From positions 36,146,001-36,210,000 of the forward strand of contig OY740805.1 in the NCBI GenBank assembly GCA_963514005.1: a DNA stretch of 64,000 nt, given 5' to 3'. Below the pieces are notes generated by a model. The model ran no database searches and was not told the origin of the DNA. It saw only the letters and a program-made list of their open reading frames with translations. The translations under genes were made by a program, and so were the position numbers. Positions 49,201 through 59,334 of this stretch are shown in pieces; the stretch's first letter is position 1, and each line of letters begins with the position of its first letter. The stretch is from Raja brachyura (lineage: Eukaryota).

Positions 49201-51521
49201 AGTGTTGGGACAAGCTGCGGAGTGGTGCCAATGTGTCTAGAGCCTCGATACAAGTTGCAGGAAAAGAATAAGAACATCTGCAGACCCTGTCAATTAGATG
49301 CAAAATGCATAGAATGGATTGGATGGCTGCAAACCAGACATACACCTTGTAAATAATTGTAAATAATGTTGCAGAGTTTAACTTTGCCGAGTGTTAATTG
49401 GATGAGGTATTGAGCCTTGTCTGGGTTTCTTGCAGATCAGGGGTAAATGTTTCTAAGTTGGCTTCCTACCGAAGTCCGGTTTGAATACATTGTTTGAGGT
49501 GCTGTATCATTGGGTTAGGGAAATGTCTGTTATGTATGGGGTTAATCGATATCTGTAATTGGATTATTAAGAGACCAACCCCATGTAGTTCGGCCCCTCG
49601 AGGTCCCGGGACCTATAAAGGTCCACTACCACGAGGTCCCACATTGATCATCTGGGAGAGCGCTTCGGACTGCGCTTTGTTAAAATAAAGATTAGTTGTT
49701 CAAGTGCTAGATTCAGTGTTTCTGACTGAAACTAGACTGGAGGGAAGCTTAGAACAAACAATTTACATGGTGACACATCATGTTAATACGATGTTAATAG
49801 AGACATTTAACAAGCGCTTAAAAGTGACACCCACCACTGTCTCATGGAAAGCGGAGATTTTAATGGGTTTTTTTCACCGAAATTCAAAATCCAGATTAAA
49901 AAACATGGGGTGGGGGGGGGGGGGAAACACACACGTGTCCACACACCGCCCCCCCCCCCCCCACCCCCACCCCATGCCCCTCCAGGATTTCATGCCTTTC
50001 TACACACAGTGGACGTGGGTGCCTGAGGAAATATGCTGTTTTTAATCGACTCGTTTTATGGATCAGTCACATCTCTCTCTCACTGGATTTGATTGACTGA
50101 AAGATACCGCGTGGAAATCGAGTGACCGTCAGGGGATTTGATAATAGCGTCTCATTCACTCACTCACTCACTCACTCATTTATTAACTTCTGTCGCGGGC
50201 TGTGGGTCTGATTCACTGGAGATAGCGGAGTGATCACTTACCGTTCACTGTGAGATACGTCCCTGTCCCATATGCCTCGCTCCTCAGAGTTTTCACCTGA
50301 CAGAAATACAGACCGGAATCGTTAATCCGCACGTTATTCAATTGTATAGAAGCGTCCGTGTCTGTAGCCGCTGCATCCGGCGCTTTGAGTCTGAAGACAC
50401 GACCTCTGTATTCCGCTGTTTTATTGGAAACAGACGTCCCATTTGTGGCTCCCTTGAACCAATAGTTGGCCCATATTTGATCCGCGGCGTTGTGACTACA
50501 CGGGATAATCACCGTGTCGCCTTCAGTGGCCGCAATCGTGGACGTGTCTTGAATGACTGCGATCTTCTCAGCGTCAACACCTGCGGGCGGCAAGCAAAGT
50601 CTACTTGGTACTTGGGACCCGCTGGCTACACGGTCCCTAGCTTTCTCTCTTCATCCCCTTCCCCGTCCCAGTTCTCCCACCAGTCTCACTGTCTCTGACT
50701 ACATTCTAGCTCTGTCCCGCCCCCTCCCCCTCCCCTGACATCAGGCTGGAGAAGGGTCTCGACCCGAAACGTCGCCCATTCCTTCTCTCCAGAGATGCTG
50801 AGTTACTCCAGCATTTTGTGTCTGCCAACGAGTTAAACCGGCATCTGCAGTTCTTTCATACACATGTACCTGACCAAATGTCTATTAAATGGCATGATGG
50901 TACCTGTCTCAACTACCTCCTCCAGCAACTTGTTCCCTATACCTCGATTCACCGACTCTGGGCAAGAGACTCTGTGCGTCTACCCGATCTATTCCTCTCA
51001 TGATTTTAGACACCCTTATAAGAACCCCTCCCTTCATCCTCCTGTGCTCCAAGGAATAGAGTCTCAGCCTACTCAACCTCTCCCCACAGCTCACACCCTC
51101 TAGTCCTGGCAACATCCTCGTAAATCTTCTCTGTACCCTATCCAAATTCCACAGTTTACAAGCCCAGCTGCTCCATTCCCTCTGCATATGACAGTCCCGC
51201 CATCCCGGGAATTAACCTGGTGAACCTACGCTGCACTCCCTCAACAGCAAGAATGTCCTTCCTCAAATTAGGGGACCAAAACTGCACACAATACTCCAGA
51301 TGCGGAGTAAATACGGGACAAAACCAATTTAGCCCAATATACGGGATGTCCCGGCTAATACGCGACAGTTGGCAAAACGCTATTGGCACCCCATGCCTCC
51401 TCGCCACCCCTCATCAACCCCCCCTCCCCTCTCTTCCCAACAGCGACCCCACTGCGAAACAGAAATCCAACTCACCCGCGGCCACAGACAGGATCCACAC
51501 TATGGCGCCTGGCCCCACCAT
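25229..51521 (-). CDS. NKp30/NCR3-family receptor with two VJ-type IgV domains and long tyrosine-motif tail, 405 aa: complement(join(25229..25260,26602..26636,29508..29602,33276..33319,34620..34657,35824..35867,38357..38397,39339..39376,40827..40845,45801..45914,47236..47568,50242..50580,51476..51521))
   Basis: 13 exons sum to 1218 nt (406 codons with stop). Every junction has an AG acceptor and a GT donor (one GC), and phases match throughout (1,1,1,1,2,1,0,2,1,0,2,1). Both V domains resemble human NKp30 (EG-x4-(P/S)C-x-x-NA, W, V-x-N-x-T-x-E(Y/F)xGR(V/L), C-x-V...GLG..xGxG). Confidence 0.85.
25275..26548 (+). mobile_element. Two tandem CR1 LINE 3' fragments
   Basis: ORFs 25356..25676 and 25810..26397 are CR1 RT C-termini. 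Confidence 0.85.
26602..26636 (-). CDS. Cytoplasmic micro-exon 8 (35 bp): (E)QDDGYDELNVT
   Basis: ctctttgctctgcag acceptor, gtaaga donor, phase 2-1. Confidence 0.78.
26742..27035 (+). mobile_element. tRNA-derived V-SINE (HE1-like)
   Basis: Same structure. Further copies at ~11170, 34740, 51650, 54900 (-) and 62130. Confidence 0.8.
28078..28581. mobile_element. hAT (Charlie-like) non-autonomous element remnant
   Basis: CAGGGGTGGGCAACC 5' end, with gcgggccg / ggcccgggggccgtag subterminal motifs. Confidence 0.45.
28580..29346 (+). mobile_element. CR1 LINE 3' fragment (second subfamily)
   Basis: ORF 28628..29020, with a tail ending in (ttctatgt)-like repeats. Confidence 0.85.
29508..29602 (-). 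CDS. Cytoplasmic exon 7 (95 bp): TSTDEGIQYAIIVQKPSTDQPPNASVGDDEM, ITIM IQYAII
   Basis: ccttctgctccaacag acceptor, gtgagt donor, phase 0-2. Confidence 0.8.
30490..31300 (+). mobile_element. Rex1/Babar-like LINE 3' fragment
   Basis: LNSKKTKELIVDFR..VERVSSF.FLG, NFYRCTIESILT, LLPSGRRYRS, with an (aattg)n tail. Confidence 0.82.
32360..32507. other. Assembly gap (other gaps: 33617-33839, 34332-34564, 55544-55724, 62427-62853)
   Basis: Runs of N. Confidence 0.99.
33276..33319 (-). CDS. Cytoplasmic micro-exon 6 (44 bp): (D)TKTQRNIIHISHGN
   Basis: ttttctcatccgcttctcccccag acceptor, gtaagc donor, phase 1-0. Confidence 0.72.
33440..34331. repeat. Polypurine (GGAGA-type) low-complexity tract bounded by gaps
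   Basis: Almost exclusively G/A on the + strand, with internal ~150-bp reiteration. Confidence 0.9.
34620..34657 (-). CDS. Cytoplasmic micro-exon 5 (38 bp): (S)LRTFNAPPDQDG, with GC donor
   Basis: ctttctccttacag acceptor, GAG|GCAAGT donor (GC-AG consensus). Phase 2-1 restores the frame. Confidence 0.68.
35824..35867 (-). CDS. Cytoplasmic micro-exon 4 (44 bp): ESQLANPSIYLPME, YxxM motif
   Basis: ctttctttgcctttgacag acceptor, gttggt donor, phase 0-2. Confidence 0.75.
35980..36695 (-). mobile_element. CR1 LINE 3' fragment
   Basis: ORF 36214..36687. Confidence 0.85.
36905..37101. repeat. Near-perfect ~197-bp palindrome of Penelope terminal repeat, carrying two minimal hammerhead motifs
   Basis: gggttacacaaaaagctggag...cttcttcagactg is mirrored by cagtctgaagaag...ctccagctttttgtgtaaccc. 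Confidence 0.85.
37600..38175 (+). mobile_element. Penelope-like element GIY-YIG fragment and terminal repeat
   Basis: Same GIY-YIG-coding sequence as the copies at 2300 and 23850. Confidence 0.75.
38357..38397 (-). CDS. Cytoplasmic micro-exon 3 (41 bp): (A)DPTSPLTDDEPEL
   Basis: ttaattttgcag acceptor, gtgagt donor, phase 1-0. Confidence 0.75.
39339..39376 (-). CDS. Cytoplasmic micro-exon 2 (38 bp): (S)LEAFPLTPMVTD
   Basis: ttctttcttccttgctccacag acceptor, gtaagt donor, phase 2-1. Confidence 0.78.
39545..40106 (-). mobile_element. CR1 LINE 3' fragment (third subfamily)
   Basis: ORF 39672..40106: [27 protein letters not shown]. Confidence 0.85.
40827..40845 (-). CDS. Cytoplasmic micro-exon 1 (19 bp): (R)TILDQ
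   Basis: Long polypyrimidine tract ttttctctttttatctccattctttcacag, donor gtgggt. Phase 1-2 is required to join the next exon. Confidence 0.75.
43430..44678. mobile_element. Unclassified non-autonomous insertion (AGGCAC...GTGCCT ends) interrupting a CR1 fragment
   Basis: CR1 sequence ...ctctgggcaag resumes as ctgtgtgtctacccgatct on the other side. Subterminal direct repeat tgcctaccctga. Confidence 0.55.
44880..45738 (-). mobile_element. CR1 LINE 3' fragment with nested insertion
   Basis: ORF 45395..45757 and CR1 tail at 44880-45285, interrupted at ~45290-45480. Confidence 0.8.
45801..45914 (-). CDS. NCR3-like transmembrane exon: (G)KIKRATILLLILAFSVVLEGCILFVSIHLCRQTRRAK
   Basis: gttgtcttctccacag acceptor, gtaagg donor, 114 bp phase 1-1. 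~24-aa hydrophobic stretch followed by a basic stop-transfer sequence RQTRRAK. Confidence 0.88.
46560..47160 (+). mobile_element. Rex1/Babar-like LINE 3' fragment
   Basis: VHITEDLTWTTH..KARQRLY..FYSGAVESILSGNITIWFGN. Confidence 0.75.
47236..47568 (-). CDS. NCR3-like IgV (VJ-type) domain 2
   Basis: 333 bp phase 1-1. EGQTVLMSC...YSWHKDG...EYAGRV...DSGDYYCKVRIEGLGEADGEGVSLEV, close to NKp30 CRVEVLGLGVGTGNGTRLVV. Confidence 0.93.
49104..49767 (+). mobile_element. Putative LTR (TG...CA) of an LTR retroelement
   Basis: Starts TGTTA, ends TTACA, TATAAA at 49614 and AATAAA at 49684, followed by PBS-like TGGTG. Confidence 0.5.
50242..50580 (-). CDS. NCR3-like IgV (VJ-type) domain 1
   Basis: 339 bp phase 1-1. 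EGDTVIIPC...YWFKG...EYRGRV...DSGLYFCQV...YGTGTYLTV, with canonical Cys-Trp-Cys, DxxxYxC and a J-like GxGTxLxV. Confidence 0.93.
51476..51521 (-). CDS. NCR3-like leader exon: MVGPGAIVWILSVAA(G)
   Basis: ATG at 51521, hydrophobic core, gtgagt donor in phase 1, completed by GVDA in the next exon. An acceptor (tttatccag) 2 nt upstream of the ATG implies an upstream 5' exon. Confidence 0.8.
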
Positions 51522-52439
51522 CACTGGATAAACCAAAGAGGTAAAATGGAAATTCAGCGACCAGCTCCTGAGCCCATTCCCCCTCCCCTATCCCGGATGA
51601 ACCATTCGCGACCCGACCTTCTACCGATGTGTATTCTCCGTCACCCCCAACTGAGGCGGTGGAGTCACGGCCTCGCAGTGCCAGAGACCCGGGTTCCATC
51701 CCGACTGCGGCCGCTGTTTGGGACCGCGTGGCTTTTTCTCCGGGATCTCCGGGATCTCCGGTTTCCGCCCACACTCCAAAGACCCATCGGTTCGTGGGTT
51801 AATTGGCTTGTGAGAAATGCACACTGTCCCCAGTGTGTGTAGGGTAGTGTTGGTGTGCGGGGAATTGCTGGTCGGCGCGGCCTCGGTGGGCTGAAGGGTC
51901 TGTTTCCAAGTTGTATGTCTGAACTAAACTAGGGTTTTGTAATCGCTACCGGCCTGTCCAAAGCGGCCATTCACGGTCAGGGATCGTGCAGTCGATGCAT
52001 TGGCCCGTGTCCACGGACTGGCCCTTTCCAAGAGTATTTCATTTAAAATTTTTTTTTTTTTTTTTGTTAGAAGCATTGTACATACATCTTAATCATGATA
52101 TGCAACATAATACATTTTGTGTACAACTTCTCTTTTTAATTTTTTTTAATACACTTTAACCTATAATAGAAAGAAAAAGAGAAAGAATAGAAGAATGAGA
52201 CTAGTGGTGAAGTGTAGTCCGCAGTGGTCGGTGTTAGATGAATGATGATGGTTAAGTAGACTGCGTGCTTGAGAATGTGAAAAACAAAAAGAAAATGAAG
52301 AAAAAATAAAAGAGGGCCTTAAGAAGGGAAAGGAAATAAGTAAAAAATCCAAAGAAGGTAGAGCTAAACGAAAAAGAAAGGGAATGTGCCTAACTCATAG
52401 CGATTCACACCCTTCACCTAGTTCTAAAACAATAACTTA

Positions 52440-54080
52440 CTAGGGTTATGCTGCACCATATGATACTTGTAACAAATCAATAAAAGGTGACCATACTCTT
52501 AAGAATCGTTCTTGTTTTCCTACTAGAACGAGTCTCATTTCCTCGAGATGTAATATTTCCGACATATTTGTGATCCACATTTTAAACGTTGGGATAGGAG
52601 CGTTTTTCCAGAATTTAAGCATATGATTTTTGTGCCGTTATTAAACCATAGTTTAGGAAACATCTTTGAAATATGGTTAGTTCAGAACAGGTTTCCCTTG
52701 CTCCGAAGATAATTAATTCTGTGTTTGGGTCCAGTCTTAATTTAAATATTTTTGAAAAGCTTTCAAAAATGTCCTTCCAAAAATTCTGAGGTTTTGCACA
52801 GGAAACAAATGAGTGTGCTATTGTTGCCTCGTTAGTTAGGCACTTATCACAGAAGGGAGAGACGTTTGGAAAGATTTTATTTAGTTTTGTTTTTGAGTAA
52901 TATAATCTGTGTACAATTTTAAATTGGATCAGTGTATTTCTAACGTTAATCGAACATTTATGTACATATGACATATAATCTTCCCGTCTGTCCTTGGGAA
53001 TTTCTATAGCCAATTCTTGTTACCATTCTTTTCTTATACCTTCTGTCAAAGGAAAATCTATCTTTAGAATAGTATGATAAAAATATGATGTTAAATGATC
53101 CAAATTCTACCTTATTCATGCCTTGCTCTTGAAGGTCCAACTTCTAATTTTGATCATCTTGCGACTGTTTCTGCCACATAATCTCGGGTTTGTAAGTATC
53201 TAAAATATTGATTGTTTTCCAAATTGTATTTAAGCTGTAAGTCTTGGAATTGTAAACATTTTCCCTCTTCATACAAATCTTCCCAAGTCTTAATCCCCAA
53301 TCGTTCCCAGAGCGTAAACGTTTTGTCAATAGTCGATGGCTTAAACGCCGGGTTGTTAGCTATCGTTGAGAGAAGCGAAAGATTTCTTAATTTAAGGGAG
53401 GATTTGATTTGTCTCCAAATTCGTATTGTGCTGCGAATCATCAGGTTTCTCTTATATATTGTGTTCTTCAATGTTATTGGGCAGAAAAGGATCGCTCCTA
53501 TGTTAAAATGAGTGCAATCCTCCTTCTCCATTATTGTCCATTCTGCTGTTGTGATGCACGATCCAACCAGTACATTATATTTCCAATGTTCACTGCCCAA
53601 TAGTAGTAGGTAAATTTGGCAAGTGTGAGTCCACCATATTCTTTAGGCTTACATAAATGTATTCAATGGGATTTATAGTCCCATATGAAATTTGTACTGT
53701 ATGAGTCAATTTTTTAAAGACGTTTTTAAGGTATATATGTAGGTATTGATTGGAATAAATACAGTATTTGTGGAAGAAAAATCATTTTAATGGCATTTAT
53801 TCTGCCTATTAAGGTCATCGGTAGTGTTTTCCAAAATTGGATCGACGTTTGTAATTTAGTAAGTAAGGGCAGATAATTTGTGTTAAATAGAGATTTCTAT
53901 TTTCTGGTAATTTGAATACCCAAGTATTTAAATCTTTCTGTGGTAATTCTAAAAGGGTATTTTAAAATATGTGTTTTATCGTCATTATTTCACTTTTATT
54001 CCAATTTATTCTATATCCTGAAAAGGAACCAAATTCTTCTATTAAGTTTAATAGATGTGGTATGCTAATTTGTGATTTTG
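52440..54080 (-). mobile_element. L1-clade LINE ORF2 C-terminal fragment
   Basis: LIQFKIVHRLYYSKTKLNKIFPNVSPFCDKC..HSFVSC (CCHC zinc knuckle) and WERLGIKT..FQDLQLKYNL..FRYLQ. AT-rich, with a poly(T) tract on + near 52050. Confidence 0.8.
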
Positions 54081-54109
54081 TCATATATAATAATACATCT
54101 GCATATAAT

Positions 54110-54110
54110 C

Positions 54111-54195
<85 letters not shown>
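54110..54195. repeat. (TA)n(CA)n(TA)n microsatellite
   Basis: Direct inspection. Confidence 0.95.
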
Positions 54196-54196
<1 letters not shown>

Positions 54197-54519
54197 TTAA
54201 ATATATTGTTATTAGAGGTAAGCAATAAATTGGCAAACACATATTATGGTAGAAATATTTAGTGTACATCAATCATACATTATTAATATTATCAATTGAA
54301 TCATTCTGCCTCTAATAGTTTAAAAAAATATATAGATTAAGAGTAATAAAAAGAAGAAAGATAGAGAGAGAAAAAAGAGAAATTAAAAAATAAAATCATA
54401 AGGAATGGAAAAATTTACCATTAATACATCATTGGAGATAAGATCAAGGAATATAGAGTATAACTTTTCATCTGATCCCGAGTCCGTTTCAGTTCGGTTC
54501 CCCTGCCGAACCAATCTAC

Positions 54520-54875
54520 CCTTTTAAGTAATCGATGAAAGAAGACCATATTCTAACAAAGAGTTCTTGTTTTCCCTATTAAGGCAAATCTGATTCTTTC
54601 CAGGTGTAGGGTCTCCGACATTTCCATGATCCACATTTTAATTGTGGGAGTTAAAGGGCCTTTCCAAAATTTTAATATTAATTTCTTCCCGATTATTATA
54701 CTGTAATCTAGGAAATTTCTTTGGCTTGTTGTAAGTGTTAAACTTTGTTCTGATATTCCAAGTATTATTAGCTTTGAGTCCGGATCCAGTTTAGTATTAA
54801 TAAATTCAGTATAACATATTTTATGATTAGATTTTTTAGTATTGTAACCGTGAATATTGGGGTGCATTCTAGAGT
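54520..54875 (-). mobile_element. L1-clade LINE ORF2 3' fragment
   Basis: LIILGISE..LDYSIIIGKKLILKFWKGPLTPTIKMW..HLERIRF. Confidence 0.7.
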
Positions 54876-56382
54876 ATTTAGTTTGTTGTTTGTTTCAGAG
54901 ATAGGAAACAGGCCCTTCGGCCCAACTACCTCACACACCAACACTATCCACACGATCACCCCGTACACCAGCACTCTAAGGTCGATTTACAATTTTTACC
55001 AAAGCCAATTAACCTACAAATCTCTACGTCTTTGGAGTGTGTGAGGGGGAAACCGGGGCACCCGGAGTAAACCCACGCGGGTCACTGGGAGAACGAGCAA
55101 ACTCCGTACAGACAGCGCCCGTGGTCAGGATTGAACCCGGGTCTCTGGCGCCGTGAGGCGGCGACTCTACCGCTGCGCCACCGTGTCTCGCGTAAAGATT
55201 CCCGGTATCTGCAGTCTTTGTGTCTCCGAGATACAGCCACACAATGAATACAGTACAGATGTAATTCTAAAGTCTACCTTAGAGTTGTGAGTCTTTCTCC
55301 CCTGCAGCGATCAAGTCTTGCTGGATGCACCTTGTATCTCCTGGTCGCGGCTCAAATCTGTCTCCCTTGTAGATGCCAACTGACTTTGCGTCCTCTCTCC
55401 AGCCTCCGCTCTCTCTCTCCATCCAATCTCACATCACAAGAGACGTGCCGGCTTGTAGGTTAATTGTCCCTGTTGTAACATTGCCCCCGAGTGAGAAGAT
55501 AGTGGTCGACAAAGCGGGATAACACGAGGGACCTGTTTCCTCTNNNNNNNNNNNNNNNNNNNNNNNNNNNNNNNNNNNNNNNNNNNNNNNNNNNNNNNNN
55601 NNNNNNNNNNNNNNNNNNNNNNNNNNNNNNNNNNNNNNNNNNNNNNNNNNNNNNNNNNNNNNNNNNNNNNNNNNNNNNNNNNNNNNNNNNNNNNNNNNNN
55701 NNNNNNNNNNNNNNNNNNNNNNNNCCTCTCTCACTCTCCTTGTCTCTGTCTCTCTCTCTGTTTCAGTTTTTTTCTCTCTCTCTGGTTGTCTCTTCATCTG
55801 TCTGTCACACTCAATCTCTCTCTCTCTCTCTCTCTATCTCCCTCCCCCCCCCCCTCTCTCTCTCTCTCTCACACACTCTCTCTCTCCCTCTCTCCCTTTC
55901 CCTCTCTCTGACCGCCGGTACAAGAATAAGTAGACTTTGTGCGCTTGGGTCGCGGTTTGAAGGACTAGCACTCGCTCTATTTCCATGTCAGCGTGAACAG
56001 ATCAGGCCGAGCGCGCTAGCGAGCAGCCGAAGTCAGAAGTGGCTATTTGTGATCTTTAAGCGAGAGTATTATTAGAGCGATATATAGCGCGGAAACAGGG
56101 CCACGGTAGACACAGGGTGCTGGAGTAACTCGGCGGCTCTTCAGTGTAAGTCAGCATCTGCAGTTCCTTCATGCACATAAAGAATTGCAGATGCTGGTTT
56201 ATACTAAAGATAGACACAGAGTGCTGGAGTAACTCAGCGGGTCAGGCAGCATCTCTGGAGGAAGGAGGATAGGCTCTGTGGTCGGGACCCTTCCGAATCT
56301 GCAAATCTGAAGAAGTGTCTCCACCCAAAACATCGCCCATCCCGCCCCCCCCCCCACACACACACACACACAGAGTCACATA

Positions 56383-57898
56383 CAGTGGCTTGCAAAAGTT
56401 TTCATACCCCTTGAACTTTTCCACATTTTGTCACGTTACAACCACAAATGTAAATGTATTTTATTGGGATTGTATGTGATAGACCAACACAAAGTGATGC
56501 ATAATTGTGAAGTGGAAGGAAAATGATACATGGTTTCCAAAGTTTATTACAAATAAAAAACTGAAAAGTGTGGCGTGCAAAAGTATTCTGCCCCCCTGAG
56601 TCAATACTTTGTAGAACCACCTTTCGCTGCAATTACAGCTGCAAGTCTTTTGGGGTATGTCTCTACCAGCTTTGCACATCTAGAGACTGAAATTTTTGCC
56701 CATTCTTCTTTGCAAAATAGCTCAAGCTCAGTCAGATTGGATGGAGAGTGTCTGTGAACAGCAATTTTCAAGTCTTGCCAGAGATTCTCAATTGGATTTA
56801 GGTCTGGACTTTGACTGGGCCACTCTAACATATGAATATGCTTTGATCTAAACCATTCCATTGTAGCTCTGGCTGTATGTTTAGGGTCGTTGTCCTGCTG
56901 GAAGGTGAACCTCCGCCCCAGTCTCGAGTCTTTTGCAGACTCTAACAGGTTTTCTTCCAAGATTGCCCTGTGTTTGGCTCCATCCATCTTCCCATCAACT
57001 CTGACCAGCTTCCCTGTCCCTGCTGAAGAAAAGCATCCCCACAGCATGATGCTGCCACCACCATATTTCACAGTGGGAATGGTGTGTTCAGGGTGATGTG
57101 CAGTGTTAGTTTTCCGCCACACATAGCGTTTTGCATTTAGACCAAAAACTTCAATTTTGGTCTCATCAGACCAGAGCACCTTCCTCCACATGTTTGCTGT
57201 GTCCCACACATGGCTTGTGGCAAACTGCAAACGGGACTTCTTATGGCTTTGTTTCAACAATGGCTTTCTTCTTGCCACTCTTCCATAAAGGCCCGATTTG
57301 TGGAGTGCATGACTAATAGTTGTCCTGTGGACAGATTCTCCCACCCGAGCTGTGGTTCTCTGCAGCTCCTCCAGAGTTACCATGGGCCTCTTGGCTGCTT
57401 CTCTGATCAATGCTCTCCTTGCCCGGCCTGTCAGTTTAGGTGGACGGCCATGTCTTGGGATGTTTGCAGTTGTGCCATACTCTTTCCATTTTCGGATGAT
57501 GGATTAAACAGTGCTCCGTGAGATGTTCAAAGCTTGGGATATTTTTTTATAATCTAACCTTGCTTTAGACTTCTCCTGTATTTATACTGAGATTAGATTA
57601 CACACAAGTGGACTCTATTTACTAATTAGGTGACTTCTGAAGGCAATTGGTTGCACTGGATTTTATTTAGGGGTATCAGAGTAAAGGGGGCTGAATACTT
57701 TTGCACGCCACACTTTTCAGTTTTTTATTTGTAAAAAAATTTGAAAACCATGTATAATTTTCCTTCCACTTCACAATTATGCACCACTTTGTGTTGGTCT
57801 ATCACATAAAATCCCAATAAAATACATTTAGGTTTGTGGTTGTAACATGACAAAATGTGGAAAAGTTCAAGGGGTATGAAAACTTTTGCAAGCCACTG
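56383..57898 (-). mobile_element. Tc1/mariner DNA transposon (DD34E, IR/DR-type ~210-bp TIRs), defective
   Basis: TA|CAGTGGCTTGCAAAAGTT...AACTTTTGCAAGCCACTG|TA with TA target duplication. Long TIRs with an internal CAAAAGT(A/T)TTC..CCCC repeat. Confidence 0.96.
56601..57577 (-). pseudogene. Tc1 transposase, N-terminally deleted, with in-frame stop
   Basis: ORF 56601..57410 has WSDETK, QQDNDPKH and SPDLNPIE (34 residues between the second D and E). The upstream paired-like part (YKKISQALNISRSTV*SIIRKWK..GRPPK) has a TAA at 57506-57504, and the start region is missing. Confidence 0.9.
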
Positions 57899-59334
57899 TA
57901 AGCATTCAAGTACATTAGCTAATGTCCACATGCATTGAGACAGAGTGGGGAAATGCTAACAAACCACAAATGATTGCCGGATATTCTCACAGACCAGGCG
58001 TCTCTGACACAGATGCGATGTTATTAATACAGACACATTCGCAATGTCAGAAATACAAGCAGTCGTTCACACGGTCTGCTGAACCACACACTCGGTTAAA
58101 GCTGGGCAGTAGAACACGTAGTCCAGTCACTGACCCAAAGACAGATGCTCTCACACACACACACGCACACTCTCTCACGCACTCTCTCACGCACACACAC
58201 ACACACACACAGCTTTTATCACCGCATCGAGTGACAACGTGTTCCCCGGCAAAAACAAACAGGGCAAATGTTTAGTAAATAAGTCTGGGCAATTCAAGGA
58301 AGAATTATTGATGCTGGGTGGGACGACCCATTGTTGGAATCACACACACACACACTGTCTGATGCGATTGCAAAAGTAGAAATCCCCACAGCATTGAACA
58401 AGTGATTAGACGTGTTTGTATTAACACCCAAGGCATAGAAGGATACAGACCAGTAACGGTAAATAGGTTCATTGTATTTGTGTTACATGGACCTTGCCAG
58501 GGCCTGAGGGCCAGAGCTACAGGGAGAGGCTGGGCTGGCTTGGACTCCATTCTATGGAACGCAGGAGGCTGACAGGTGATCTTATAGAGGTGTACAACAC
58601 CATCTGGGATATTGATAAAGTATATCTTTCGCTGGGCAGGAGTATCAAGAACCAGTGGGCATAGTTTAGTGTTTGGTTTAGTGATACAGCCCGTCGGCCG
58701 ACCGAATCCACACCGACCAGCGGTCCCTGTACACCAGCGCTATCCTACACACTGGGGACAATTTACAAATTTACAGAAGCCAATTAACCTGCAAACCTGT
58801 ACGTCTTTGGTGTGTGGGAGTGTAGATTAGTGTCACTCATACTGAGCTCCGCCCACAGGCTTATCAGAGATCTCTCTGTCTCTCTCTGTTTCTCTCTGTT
58901 AGACTAGTAGTATGCATGCGGAGATGAAAGTTCTTTGAGTTACTGCTGCAGAGTTGCTAATAAAACACTATGGATTAGACAATAGACAATGGGTGCAGGA
59001 GTAGGCCATTCAGCCTGAGCCAACACCGCCATTCACTAGTGGATAAGTGGAAGTGGCTGCGCTGCTTGGCAGCTGCTGCTAACCTGCAGTCCGTCTGGTT
59101 TTTATTTTATTTTAGTCTTCGTGTCTGTTTTTAGTGATTATTTTTGGTTTATTAGGTTGTGTATGTGTGTGTTGGGGGGGGGGGGGGGGAGGGGGGGGGG
59201 AGGGGGGGGAGAAACGGGGTTTTAGTCTCTCCCTTCAGGGGGATGCGACTTTTCTTGTCGTGTCCCCCATCACCGTCTCCGTCTGTGCTGAGGCCCTAAT
59301 GGTGGAGCTGGCGGCCTTCCAGCAGCGGCGGCAC

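Noticed and set aside
47236-50580. Rearranging Ig/TCR V segments
   Set aside because: Each exon already contains the J-like GxG strand and ends in a splice donor. I saw no heptamer/nonamer RSS and no constant-domain exon.
55278-55400. Possible 5' UTR exon of the receptor (ctctaag|gtagac donor on - strand)
   Set aside because: An upstream exon is implied by the acceptor at 51524, but the donor is weak and nothing else supports this location.
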